A stretch of 64,000 nt of DNA from a virus: positions 2,954 through 66,953 of the IMG/VR virus record IMGVR_UViG_3300046791_000269; one strand, written 5' to 3'. Below are positions 37,028 to 46,002 of this stretch, piece by piece. Within the stretch, counting starts at the first letter, position 1, and each line of letters begins with the position of its first letter. The notes under the pieces were generated by a model. That model had not been told where the DNA came from. It saw nothing but the letters and a program-made list of their open reading frames with translations, and made no database searches. A program made the translations under genes and the position numbers.

Positions 37028-37950
37028 GCCACCATCTCTCTTCCCCCAACCCGCGCTAGCCTCGCCATCGTCTCCGCCACGCCCTCAACGAGCGACCCGG
37101 TAAACGTCATTCCGGCCCGCTCGATCTTCTCTCGCGACACCACGTAGGAAAGCTGGTTCATGATGGGCGAGTCGACGAACACGGTCTCGAGCCTCGGTGC
37201 GTGTCGCCGGATGATCTCGACGATCTGCCCAACCGTCGCGTTTTCGGTCACAACGTTGTAGGTCTCGCCACCGAACAGGCCGCGCTCCACAGCGAACCAG
37301 ATCGCTCGGCACGCATCGAGGATGTCGAGATACGGCCGCCCCTGATCGAGCGCCGTCCGCCACACCGTGATCGGCTGCCCCGTGCTCGCCTGCCAACAGA
37401 ACCGGTTGACCGCCGTGTGAAAGCGCATGCCCGGTGAGATTCCGAAGATCGTTCCAAAGCGCAGGATACATGCGTCGTGTCCGCCGGCCCTGAGCATCTC
37501 CTCGCCCCTGGTCTTGCTCTCTGCGTAGGGGCTCTGTGGGACGACCGGAGACGCCTCGGTGACGATGCCCTCGTTCTGCCCGTAGACGCTCGTGGACGAG
37601 GCGAACACCGGACGGGCGCCGACTGCACGACAGGCCGCCGCCACTCGCTCGGTTCCCTGGAAGTTGACGCGCTCAACCTCAGCCGCTCGTCCAAAGCTCG
37701 TGGCCGCGTCCGTCAGGGCCGCGAGATGAACGACCGCCCCGCAGCCGTCGAGTAGCGGCTCTAGCTCACTCGTCACCACGTCGGCCTCGGTGAACTGAAA
37801 TCCGATACCGCGTGGCAAATCGAACAGCGAGCAGAGCCGCTGGGTCGAAAGGTTGTCGATGAGCCGGACCTCCTCGAATTGGCCGGGCTGGATCGTGCGG
37901 ATGAGCGCCGAGCCGATGTGGCCGAGTGCTCCAGTGATAGCGATTTTCAT
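37024..37950 (-). CDS. NAD-dependent sugar-nucleotide epimerase/dehydratase (SDR family)
   Basis: MKIAITGALGHIGSALIR Rossmann motif. Internal ATG of track ORF 37024-38496. Confidence 0.8.
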   Translation of the reverse strand: MKIAITGALGHIGSALIRTIQPGQFEEVRLIDNLSTQRLCSLFDLPRGIGFQFTEADVVTSELEPLLDGCGAVVHLAALTDAATSFGRAAEVERVNFQGTERVAAACRAVGARPVFASSTSVYGQNEGIVTEASPVVPQSPYAESKTRGEEMLRAGGHDACILRFGTIFGISPGMRFHTAVNRFCWQASTGQPITVWRTALDQGRPYLDILDACRAIWFAVERGLFGGETYNVVTENATVGQIVEIIRRHAPRLETVFVDSPIMNQLSYVVSREKIERAGMTFTGSLVEGVAETMARLARVGGREMVA

Positions 37951-38825
37951 GGGTGCTCCGTGTAGTGCGCGCGAGTGAGCTCGATACCCTCTGTGATCCA
38001 CACGGCCGGACGCCAGCCCGTGGCGTGGCGGAATGCCGACGTGTCCATCACCGCGTTCCGTGTGTCGATCGCAGCGAGTACGGTGTCCGGCGTTACGTGC
38101 TTGAAGTTGCCGCCCGCGGCAATCGCCGCCACCCTTGCGAATAGGTGAGCCGCTCCAGAGCCGACAACGAAGTGCCGCCCGTTCGTCGTGGCCTGGTTGG
38201 CCGCAGCGAGCATGAACGCCCGACACACGTCGTCGAGGTAGACGTAGTCCCGGGTCCAGTCTCCGGCGCCGTAAACCTGGACCGGTTCGCCCCTGGTTGA
38301 CTGTCGGATCATTCGGTTCAAGACGCCGCGCGTCGGGCCGCTCTCGCTCGTGCTTTGGCCGTAGACGTTGGCCAGTCGGAGCGTGCAGCCGCGTGCCCAT
38401 CCGCGCCGGCAGGCGTGCTCGAGCGCCATCTCGGCCATGCATTTGTGTAGGTCGTAGACGGTGAGCGGTGCGTCGGTCATGCCCTCGTGAATGCAAGACT
38501 CTGCCGGCACGCCAACCTGCGTGGCCGCGCCCGCGAATACGATGAACGGCTTTGGCTCGTGCCCGCGGAACTCCTCGATTAGCCCGTACATGGGCTCGAC
38601 GTTCGCGGACAGATCCTCGAGCGGGTCCTCGTCAGCGTCGCGCGCGCTCGTCTGCGCAGCAAGGTGGAAGACCACCTCGACATCCTTGTCTGGGCCAACA
38701 GCCGCCCCCGCCTCCACGAGCATTTGTACCAGACGCGAGCCGATGTACCCGCTTGCGCCCGTGACGGCGCAGCGTCGGCCCTTGAGCCACTCGATCGCGT
38801 TCAACGGATCTCCCTCTTCAGCCAA
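37947..38825 (-). CDS. NAD(P)-dependent SDR reductase/epimerase (RmlD-like size)
   Basis: VTGASGYIGSRL motif; about 292 aa. Confidence 0.75.
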   Translation of the reverse strand: MAEEGDPLNAIEWLKGRRCAVTGASGYIGSRLVQMLVEAGAAVGPDKDVEVVFHLAAQTSARDADEDPLEDLSANVEPMYGLIEEFRGHEPKPFIVFAGAATQVGVPAESCIHEGMTDAPLTVYDLHKCMAEMALEHACRRGWARGCTLRLANVYGQSTSESGPTRGVLNRMIRQSTRGEPVQVYGAGDWTRDYVYLDDVCRAFMLAAANQATTNGRHFVVGSGAAHLFARVAAIAAGGNFKHVTPDTVLAAIDTRNAVMDTSAFRHATGWRPAVWITEGIELTRAHYTEHP

Positions 38826-39253
38826 TCGTAGCCGATGGCTGGATCGTTGTGCGGGATCCGTAGCTCGTCGTCCGGGTTGTACTCATGCGAGGTCACATAC
38901 AGGAGCTCGCAGTCGGTGAGAGCCCGGCAGCCGTGCGCCACGTTCGTGGGCACCCTGACGAGCCGAGCCGGGTGGTCGTCGCCCATCAGGATCTCTTGCG
39001 TCTCCTTGTGCGTCGGGTTGCCGTCTCGCATGTCATGCATGACGAGGAGCAGGGCGCCGCGCACCACGTACCACCAATCGATCTGCCGGCGATGCAAGTG
39101 CCACGCCTTGATCGCGCCGGCCCGCATGCGCGAGTGGCTCAGTTGCCCGAAGCCCTCAGCGAAACACGCGTCGGTCTTTCGGACGATCTCGCGGAAAAAT
39201 CCCCGCTCGTCGTCGCGGGTGTCCAGGTTTCTGAGGACAACGCCGGAAATCAT
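38801..39253 (-). CDS. Cupin NDP-sugar 3,5-epimerase / 3,4-ketoisomerase (RmlC/FdtA-like)
   Basis: ERGFFRE..WHLHR His pair; about 150 aa cupin. Confidence 0.65.
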   Translation of the reverse strand: MISGVVLRNLDTRDDERGFFREIVRKTDACFAEGFGQLSHSRMRAGAIKAWHLHRRQIDWWYVVRGALLLVMHDMRDGNPTHKETQEILMGDDHPARLVRVPTNVAHGCRALTDCELLYVTSHEYNPDDELRIPHNDPAIGYDWLKREIR

Positions 39254-40431
39254 AGGATCTTGACCTCCGGCACGTGCGTGATGAACCGGCCACCGCGCTC
39301 GCGATAGGCTGTCTCTTTCGCCAGGATCTCAGCCGCGTGGTTCCAGGCGAACAGGAGCATGTAGTCCGGTGGGTCAGCGTAGAAACGCTCGGGCGAGACA
39401 ACCGGGATGTGGACGCCGGGAGAGAGCTTCCCTTGTTTCCCTGGCGTCGTGTCGGTGATGTACTCGATGAGTTCGGGTCCGATGCCGGCGTAGTTCGTGA
39501 CGGTCGTGCTCTTGGACGTTGCCCCGTAAGCTGCCACGCGCTTTCCGTCACTCTTGAGCGTCTCGAGCAGGCCGCGCAACGTTGCGCACTTCGCGTCGAC
39601 TCGTTCCTGGAATGCTGCGTAGGCCGCCTCGTCGCCAAGACCCAACACAACCTCCTTGCCGAGCAGGCGGAACACATCGTCTGAGGCCGCCCGCTCGCCC
39701 CGGCACGCCACGGTGTACCGCATTGAACCGCCGTGCGTCACTTGCCACTCCGCGTGGACAAGCTCGAGGCCGGCCGCGTTCGCCAGTGCCGCAACAGACG
39801 TGAGCGAGAAGTAGGACGCGTGCTCGTCGTAAATCTGATCGAACGAGCAAAGCCTCAGAATGTCCCCCAGGTAGGGTTCCTCGAAAATGAACAGGCCGGG
39901 CGGTTTCAAAAGGACAGCAACGCCCCGAAAGAAGTCCGCCGGGTCCGGGACGTGGCAGACGACGTTGGACGCGATCACGGCGTCGGCTTGCCCGTGCTCC
40001 TTGACCAGATCGCCGGCCCGCTCCTCCGTGAAGAACCCGCCCACGACGGTGAGGCCACGTTCACGCGCCGCATAGGCAACGTTGGCGCTCGGCTCGATGC
40101 CGAGATGCCGCCGACCCGCGAAATGCTGGAGCATGATCCCGTCGTTGCAGCCAATCTCAACGACGAGCCCACCCGATGGCGTGCGTGACTTCACCGACTC
40201 GGCGAACGCGGCGAAGTGCTTGGCCATGGCGGAACTCGACGAGGAGTAGAACGCATACTGATCGTGGAACATCCGCTCGGGTGGGACGAGGTCGAGCAGC
40301 TGGACCAGCTTGGTATCCGGGTCGAAACCCGCGCGGAGCGGAAAGCGGGGCTCGTCTGCGATCTCTGCCGCGTCGAGAAAGCCGTTGGCTATCGGCATCG
40401 GGCCGAGGTCGAGGAAGGGGCGGAGACTCAT
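39250..40431 (-). CDS. NDP-hexose C-methyltransferase-like SAM-dependent methyltransferase (TylC3/TcaB9 family)
   Basis: LDLGPMPIANGFL N-terminus, class I SAM fold (VVEIGCNDG), C-terminal C-methyltransferase-like domain. Start inside repeat copy 2. Confidence 0.7.
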   Translation of the reverse strand: MSLRPFLDLGPMPIANGFLDAAEIADEPRFPLRAGFDPDTKLVQLLDLVPPERMFHDQYAFYSSSSSAMAKHFAAFAESVKSRTPSGGLVVEIGCNDGIMLQHFAGRRHLGIEPSANVAYAARERGLTVVGGFFTEERAGDLVKEHGQADAVIASNVVCHVPDPADFFRGVAVLLKPPGLFIFEEPYLGDILRLCSFDQIYDEHASYFSLTSVAALANAAGLELVHAEWQVTHGGSMRYTVACRGERAASDDVFRLLGKEVVLGLGDEAAYAAFQERVDAKCATLRGLLETLKSDGKRVAAYGATSKSTTVTNYAGIGPELIEYITDTTPGKQGKLSPGVHIPVVSPERFYADPPDYMLLFAWNHAAEILAKETAYRERGGRFITHVPEVKIL

Positions 40432-40460
40432 TCCGTTCCTTTTGGTTCGTGCAAAACGCA
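40428..40460 (-). repeat. 33-bp direct repeat copy 2
   Basis: TCATTCCGTTCCTTTTGGTTCGTGCAAAACGCA. Confidence 0.9.
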
Positions 40461-41090
40461 CAGCTTCCCGATCGAGTACGCCAAATTCTCTCGCGCCTTT
40501 TGCTCCCACCGCTCGCGTCCGTAGTCGGTGAAATAGATGCGCGGCCGCTCGAGGAACTTCTGGAGAATGGCCGCCCGCCCTGCCGCGAATTGCTCGTCGC
40601 CGATGAAAGGCCACTCGAGCCGGACGAGCCGCTCGTAGTCGTCGAAAGCCTCACGGTCGGCGCCGAGGATGGCGATGTCAGCATCAGATAGGATCGCCTC
40701 GTCCGGTTTCAAGTCGTGCGCGTCGTGGGCCGTGGCCATGATGAGCCGCTCAACCGTTGCCGCGAGGTCTGGGCGGCCGGCAGTCGTGAGCATCTTCCGC
40801 GCGCAGTCCGCCGATGCGAACTCGTCATCAGGTAGTCCCTGCAAAACGAAGTCGTGATACCAGGCGGCCCAGCGCAGAGCGGCCGTCTCGTCGGGCGTTC
40901 CGTTCCACATCGGCGCCGCCGTGATCTGATCGATGCGCGTCAGAACCCACATGATGTGATGGAGCGTGTGGTAGTGGCGCCGTGCTCCGCTGTACGCCTG
41001 GACGAGCGAGAGGAAAACGGCGTTCCCGTTGCCCTGACAGTTGGTGTCGCCCCAGAGGCGGTTGAATTCGATGCGGGGGATGAGGTTCAC
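40428..41090 (-). CDS. HD-superfamily metal-dependent phosphohydrolase-like protein
   Basis: RHYHTLHH ... WYHDFV His/Asp motifs. C-terminus CVLHEPKGTE is encoded by repeat copy 2. Confidence 0.55.
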   Translation of the reverse strand: MNLIPRIEFNRLWGDTNCQGNGNAVFLSLVQAYSGARRHYHTLHHIMWVLTRIDQITAAPMWNGTPDETAALRWAAWYHDFVLQGLPDDEFASADCARKMLTTAGRPDLAATVERLIMATAHDAHDLKPDEAILSDADIAILGADREAFDDYERLVRLEWPFIGDEQFAAGRAAILQKFLERPRIYFTDYGRERWEQKARENLAYSIGKLCVLHEPKGTE

Positions 41091-41353
41091 GTGTCCTCCG
41101 GTTTGATGTATGCGTACATGGGCCGCGGGGTTGCCTCGACGATCTTCGCCGCCAACCGCGCCAGGTGCGCGTCGAGCAAGAACATCAGCACGTGAAACTG
41201 CGTGGCCATCGTCATCTGCATCGAGTCGGCGCCCTCGTACTTCTTCTCAAGCGCAGCCAACAGATCGGCGTGCTGCTCGGGGTTGTTGCCGATCTCGAGC
41301 AGCAAAGCATCGACTTGCTCGGTCAGGGTCTTCTTTTCGGACAGGTCAATCAT
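41087..41353 (-). CDS. Hypothetical protein (88 aa)
   Basis: Internal ATG of track ORF 41087-41641. Confidence 0.4.
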   Translation of the reverse strand: MIDLSEKKTLTEQVDALLLEIGNNPEQHADLLAALEKKYEGADSMQMTMATQFHVLMFLLDAHLARLAAKIVEATPRPMYAYIKPEDT

Positions 41354-41580
41354 CGTTTCCCCTCCCACCGGCCCATCAGCATGCCCGTCGTCTGTTCGAG
41401 ACGCTGCGGGGCTGGTTGCTTGTTGGTGTCCGTGTACTTGTATTTGACATTGTCGATCTCGTAGTGAATCCCGTTCACGACCAGCACCGAACGCGGGTAG
41501 CGCTCGCTCTGGCTCGGGTGGTACAAAACTCCGGACGAGTACGGCCTCGCTGACTTGGGAACGGGGCGGCGTTTCACCAT
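41350..41580 (-). CDS. Hypothetical protein (76 aa)
   Basis: Internal ATG (MVKRRP..). Confidence 0.35.
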   Translation of the reverse strand: MVKRRPVPKSARPYSSGVLYHPSQSERYPRSVLVVNGIHYEIDNVKYKYTDTNKQPAPQRLEQTTGMLMGRWEGKR

Positions 41581-41924
41581 GTCGGCCTCTCGATGGTGAT
41601 GGTGTCGCCGACACCACCGGTTGGACGCCGCATCCGCACAAGCTTCACATCCCAAAGCGTTGCGGCCTTGACGCACCACTCGATCCCGTGGCGGAAACAC
41701 CACTCGTTCATCCGGGCCGGCGTCACCACATCGTAGCCCGGCTCGCGCGCGTTCGGGCCCGGGTCGAGCATGAACTTGCGGCCACCGAATTCGCCCATGA
41801 GCACGGCTACGACGGTTTCGATCTCTCCGGCCTCGCGCTCAGTTGTTGGGTTGGGGACGAAGATGTTCACTGGCCACCTTCCCGGCCGAGGCGCTCGCTG
41901 CTGTTCACTTTGGATCCTTGCCAA
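41574..41924 (-). CDS. Hypothetical protein (116 aa)
   Basis: Track ORF. Confidence 0.4.
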   Translation of the reverse strand: MARIQSEQQRAPRPGRWPVNIFVPNPTTEREAGEIETVVAVLMGEFGGRKFMLDPGPNAREPGYDVVTPARMNEWCFRHGIEWCVKAATLWDVKLVRMRRPTGGVGDTITIERPTW

Positions 41925-42246
41925 ACTTCGCGTGAAGTTCCTCGTATTGTCTGCGCATGCCAGCCTCGCGTTGCTTCTCGAACTCCACGCGCTTGGCGGC
42001 GTACCAGGCGTTCACCTCGTCTTGGCTCAGAACGCCAAGCAGAGCCAGATCGTGGACGTGCGGCTCGTCTTCACCAGACAGCTCTTTCATGCTCGCGCTG
42101 TCGTAGTCGTTCTCGCAATCAATCTGCACGATGCCGCCCTCGAACACGAGTGTCAGTTCCGACGAGTCGAACCGCGCACCCTCCAGTCGCTGGCCAACGG
42201 CGTCCTCCAGCTTGATCACGGGTTTTGGTAGTTTGATTGGGATCAT
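41905..42246 (-). CDS. Hypothetical acidic protein (113 aa)
   Basis: Track ORF with good composition. Confidence 0.45.
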   Translation of the reverse strand: MIPIKLPKPVIKLEDAVGQRLEGARFDSSELTLVFEGGIVQIDCENDYDSASMKELSGEDEPHVHDLALLGVLSQDEVNAWYAAKRVEFEKQREAGMRRQYEELHAKFGKDPK

Positions 42247-42455
42247 TTGCTCTCCTCGTAAAACCGCTCACACTCCGCCAGCCGCTTTCGGTACTGATCG
42301 AGGTCGGTCCGGTCGGTGGGTGGGCCGCCGGTACAGTGGAGAATGTCCGAGCGCGCAGCCACGCTGTCCATGTGGCTGTTGATCACGTAGTAGGCGGCCA
42401 CGACCCCGCCGATGAGGACCGCGATGGCAAAGCCTGGGGCGAATAGGTCGATCAT
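42243..42455 (-). CDS. Small membrane protein (about 70 aa)
   Basis: MIDLFAPGFAIAVLIGGVVAAYYVI transmembrane helix. Confidence 0.4.
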   Translation of the reverse strand: MIDLFAPGFAIAVLIGGVVAAYYVINSHMDSVAARSDILHCTGGPPTDRTDLDQYRKRLAECERFYEESK

Positions 42456-42670
42456 TGCTCCACATCCCGCCCGTACGGACAGTCCGGATCTCCGCACGTC
42501 GGGCAGATCAGTCGCGTCTTTTTCTTCGCTGCAACGACAGGCTTCCCGCCGAGCAGCTTCGCGATGTTGTCGAGGGTCGAGTCAGTTGAGGGCGCCCCGT
42601 CCAGCGGCTTGAACGCCGGAGTCTCCGAAACTGACGGCTGGTCCAAAGTACGCTTCTTCTGATCCTGCAT
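42452..42670 (-). CDS. Small disordered protein with a C-terminal zinc ribbon (CPTCGDPDCPYG)
   Basis: Overlaps the AAA+ gene 3' end by 89 nt. Start is uncertain. Confidence 0.35.
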   Translation of the reverse strand: MQDQKKRTLDQPSVSETPAFKPLDGAPSTDSTLDNIAKLLGGKPVVAAKKKTRLICPTCGDPDCPYGRDVEQ

Positions 42671-44198
42671 GGAATGTCGCCTTTCGCACGTTGCTCGGCA
42701 CGCGGCCGATGCTCTCGATCTTCTCGAAAATAGCCCCCAGGTTGTTTACGTCCGCCATCTCGCGGAATGACTCGGTCACGGCTGCACGGATGTCGTCGGC
42801 CGTGATCCCGTTCGCCACGCCCTGCTCACGATCGCGCCGAATGGCACGAGACGCTGCACGGTTCACGAATCCCGAGATGACGGCGCCGCTCAGCATGTCA
42901 CGGAGGCACAGGACTTCACGCGGGCCTTCCTCAAATAGCAGCTCGTACAGCGCGAGCTTGTCCGAATACATGAGCTGAACGGCTACGGAGCCGAGCTCGC
43001 CGGCATCCCCTGGTCGGCCACGCATGGCCAGTCGGAAAACCTGCTCTGCCGATTCAGCATCGGGCCGCCCAACCTTCACGCGCCGATCGATGCGCCCGTC
43101 CCGCACGATGGCCGGGTCGAGCGAATCGGGCCGGTTTGTGCTCAGCATGACGAACGCTCCGGAGTCTTCCAGGCCGTCCATCTCGGCAAGGAAGCTCGGA
43201 ACTGTCATGGACGCCACGCCGAGACCGCTCCCGCTGCCACCGGTAGCCAGGAGTGCCTCGGCTTCGTCGATGAAGACGATCGCCGGCCGCCCAGTCTTCC
43301 GCTTGTGGTCGCGCGCGCGGTCGAAGATGCTCCGCACGGTGGCCTCGGACTCGCCGACCCACTTGCTCAGAACCTCGGCGCCCTTGACGTAGATGAAACC
43401 CGAGCCGTCGCCCATGGCGTTTGCGGCGGCCTTCCCGAGCATCGTTTTCCCGCAGCCGGGCGGGCCGTAGAGCAAGACGCCGCGTGATGGTCTCTGCCCG
43501 TAGCCAGCGTAAACGTCCGCGTACTTGGTGGGATACTCGATGGCCTCACGGAGCGCTTCCTTGGCCTCCTCGAGGCCGCCGATGTCGCCCCACGTGACCG
43601 TCTCGACGTTGACGGCAAAGCGGTTCTTGTCGCGGCCGAGGTTCTTCATCGCGACCATGCCAGACGGATCGAGCTGCACGCGGTCACCGGACTCGGGCAG
43701 CGGATCCATGCCAGCGGCAACAGACGCAGACGCCGACTCTTGCCCGCGCGAGAAGTAAACCTCGTGGCCGTCGATTCGATCGATCGTCACGATCGACCCG
43801 AATACAGCCGGCGTTTTCAACACGCCGATCGGCTGGCTCGTGGACATGAGCGTCCGCACCTGGCTGCCAATCTCGCCACCAGGAGGCAGGTTCACCTCGA
43901 GCGTTACGCCACGAACGGCAACGATGCCACGCCCGTCTTCCGTCTTGCCCGTAACAGTGCCGATCGCGCAGGGCTCTGAGTTGATCTTCTTGATGAAAGC
44001 GTCTTGCTGCTCGAGCTTCTGGCCGGCATCCCGGAGCGCCATCTCGAGTTGTTCCTCGCGGGACTGCGGAGGGCGAGGCGGCCCAAACGGGCTGGTTTGC
44101 ATCATTCGGTACATTTGCTCGCGCATCATTTCGCTTGGGTCTTCAATGATCCGCCCGTTCGTGATCCTGAACTCGCCTGTCGTGAAATCTTTTGCCAT
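42582..44198 (-). CDS. AAA+ ATPase of the proteasomal-ATPase type (ARC/Mpa/PAN-like unfoldase)
   Basis: N-terminal coiled coil plus OB-like region, then VLLYGPPGCGKTMLGKA (Walker A), IVFIDEAEAL (Walker B), second region of homology and a lid domain. ATG at 44198 with an AAGGGA RBS. Confidence 0.75.
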   Translation of the reverse strand: MAKDFTTGEFRITNGRIIEDPSEMMREQMYRMMQTSPFGPPRPPQSREEQLEMALRDAGQKLEQQDAFIKKINSEPCAIGTVTGKTEDGRGIVAVRGVTLEVNLPPGGEIGSQVRTLMSTSQPIGVLKTPAVFGSIVTIDRIDGHEVYFSRGQESASASVAAGMDPLPESGDRVQLDPSGMVAMKNLGRDKNRFAVNVETVTWGDIGGLEEAKEALREAIEYPTKYADVYAGYGQRPSRGVLLYGPPGCGKTMLGKAAANAMGDGSGFIYVKGAEVLSKWVGESEATVRSIFDRARDHKRKTGRPAIVFIDEAEALLATGGSGSGLGVASMTVPSFLAEMDGLEDSGAFVMLSTNRPDSLDPAIVRDGRIDRRVKVGRPDAESAEQVFRLAMRGRPGDAGELGSVAVQLMYSDKLALYELLFEEGPREVLCLRDMLSGAVISGFVNRAASRAIRRDREQGVANGITADDIRAAVTESFREMADVNNLGAIFEKIESIGRVPSNVRKATFHAGSEEAYFGPAVSFGDSGVQAAGRGALN

Positions 44199-44303
44199 CC
44201 GTTTTTCCCTTTTCTGTTCCGCTCTTGCTTTCTTGCCTGTTGATGTTCGCTTCGCCTGATTCCGTTGCCAGCGCTCGCGCGCTCGATCTTCCGCGCGTCT
44301 CAC

Positions 44304-44528
44304 CTACGCAGCCCTCCCGTCCTCCAGCGCTCGCCTCTCCAACTCCCCCGCAACCCACTCGCCCGTCTTCCTGAAAACGTCGCTCAGCGCGTCGTCGAGA
44401 TCGAAATCGAGAACCTCCCGATGCACCGGCGGCGGCGTGTAGGCTGGGCCGGGGCGGGAGGCGTGGATCACCACTTGGTATGTGCCGTCACGTTTGCGGA
44501 CCAAATCGAAACTTAGCACTTGGTCCAC
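44304..44528 (-). CDS. Hypothetical protein (74 aa)
   Basis: Track ORF. Confidence 0.4.
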   Translation of the reverse strand: MDQVLSFDLVRKRDGTYQVVIHASRPGPAYTPPPVHREVLDFDLDDALSDVFRKTGEWVAGELERRALEDGRAA

Positions 44529-44962
44529 GGCTCCTCGTCGCCAAAGGTTGCGGTGACGAACGGGATGTCATCCTCGGGACCAGCGGTCGAACCGGAACTG
44601 CCGCCGTAGTCCGCGCCGTCGTAGGTGCCGTCGTCGCCGGGGGGAGGCTTGGTTGCTGCCCCGGCACCCGGCTTTGCTCCGCCACCGAACGTCAGCTCCG
44701 AGACGCGGCAGTCGAGGTAACTCTTCCCATTGTGCTCCCGAATCGAGAGCTCGCCCGTGATGACCACGAACGTTCCCTTGCGGAGATGCTGGACGAGAGC
44801 CTCGCCACGCTTTCCCCAAAGACTCGCGCCGATCCATTGCGTCTTCTCCTCGCCCTTCACCTTCTTCGACGTGGCGATGCTGAACGAGCAGACCTGATCG
44901 CGGCCTGCGGTGCGGAGTTCGGCGTCTTTTCCTAGGCGGCCTGCGGCTGTAACGGTTAGCAC
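44513..44962 (-). CDS. ssb: Single-stranded DNA-binding protein
   Basis: OB fold, Gly-rich linker and acidic C-terminal tail DDIPF. Confidence 0.85.
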   Translation of the reverse strand: MLTVTAAGRLGKDAELRTAGRDQVCSFSIATSKKVKGEEKTQWIGASLWGKRGEALVQHLRKGTFVVITGELSIREHNGKSYLDCRVSELTFGGGAKPGAGAATKPPPGDDGTYDGADYGGSSGSTAGPEDDIPFVTATFGDEEPWTKC

Positions 44963-44976
44963 TTATGTTGGTCCTT

Positions 44977-46002
44977 TCAGGGGTAGCGAGGGTCTTCGTC
45001 TGCAATGTTGTGGAGGTCCGCCAAAACTTCAGGCGGCGGCAGCAGTGGGTCATGAACAGTCCGGAAGCTCGCGCTCCGCTGGTCCCAGTCGAGTGGCACC
45101 TTCGCGCCCCGCGGCCCGTTCTTCACCTTGTCGACGTGAATGCACTTGGTGCCGGCGGGAACAATCACGTCGCCGCGGTCGTCCTCGATGGCCTTGTCCG
45201 GCTCGAACGCAATCAGGATCACCTCGGCCGCGTTGGCGATGTCGCGACACTCGCGGATGTTGTGCCGGTTCGGAACCTTGGTCTTGCCGTCCTGACTGAA
45301 CGTGAGTTGAGACAGGATGACCCCAGCGATCTTCGACTCCTTAGCCACGCGCCGGCAGACCTTCGCGATCTCCTTGTACTTGGTGCGCTCGTCCTGGTGC
45401 CGGTTCTTGGACTCGAATTCCTGGATGTAGTCGTAGGCGATGAGATCGATCGAGCAGTCCTTGATGATGCTGCGTAGATGCGGCTCGAGCCTCTCGATCT
45501 TCCAGCCGATCGCCTCGACGTAGACCGGCATCGGCCCCGCGTTGGTCTCAGCCTCGAGAACCTTTTGCCGGTCGTCGGGAGTCAGCTTGCCGTCGCGGTA
45601 CGCAATCGCGTCGATGCCAGTGCGGCGGACCATGAACCGATCGCCGTACAGCTCCTCGGGGTCCTCGGCAGAGACGATCAGAACCTTCTTTCCCTGGAGT
45701 AGGTTCTCGTCGGCGATCGAAACGAGCAGGCTTGTCTTCCCGACGGACGTGTCCCCGCCGATCAGCCAGACGAACCCCGGGCGGATCTTCCCGGTGATGT
45801 AGTCGAGCCGGTAGTGTCCCGTCGTCAGCCGCTTGTCGTCGCCCTGGCCGGCCGTGAAAGCGCGCTCGCGAGACGCGGTCATGATGTCCCGCAGCGAGCG
45901 AACACGCGGAACCTCGGCCGCAACGATGCGCGTTCCCTTCGTCGGGTCCGGGGATGCCGTGCCGGCCTTCAGGCTATCCGCTTCGTCGGGTTGCTTGCTC
46001 AT
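44977..46002 (-). CDS. DnaB-like replicative helicase (RecA-fold C-terminal domain)
   Basis: GGDTSVGKTSLL Walker A; DnaB C-terminal-type motifs. Confidence 0.75.
   Translation of the reverse strand: MSKQPDEADSLKAGTASPDPTKGTRIVAAEVPRVRSLRDIMTASRERAFTAGQGDDKRLTTGHYRLDYITGKIRPGFVWLIGGDTSVGKTSLLVSIADENLLQGKKVLIVSAEDPEELYGDRFMVRRTGIDAIAYRDGKLTPDDRQKVLEAETNAGPMPVYVEAIGWKIERLEPHLRSIIKDCSIDLIAYDYIQEFESKNRHQDERTKYKEIAKVCRRVAKESKIAGVILSQLTFSQDGKTKVPNRHNIRECRDIANAAEVILIAFEPDKAIEDDRGDVIVPAGTKCIHVDKVKNGPRGAKVPLDWDQRSASFRTVHDPLLPPPEVLADLHNIADEDPRYP

Noticed and set aside
37024-38496. 490-aa track ORF
   Set aside because: The N-terminal 182 aa are Arg-rich shadow over gene 37947-38825. The real epimerase starts at MKIAITG (37950)
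42582-44303. N-terminal 35-aa extension of the AAA+ ORF
   Set aside because: The ATG at 44198 has a good AAGGGA RBS, and the upstream Arg/Lys-rich segment is likely spurious
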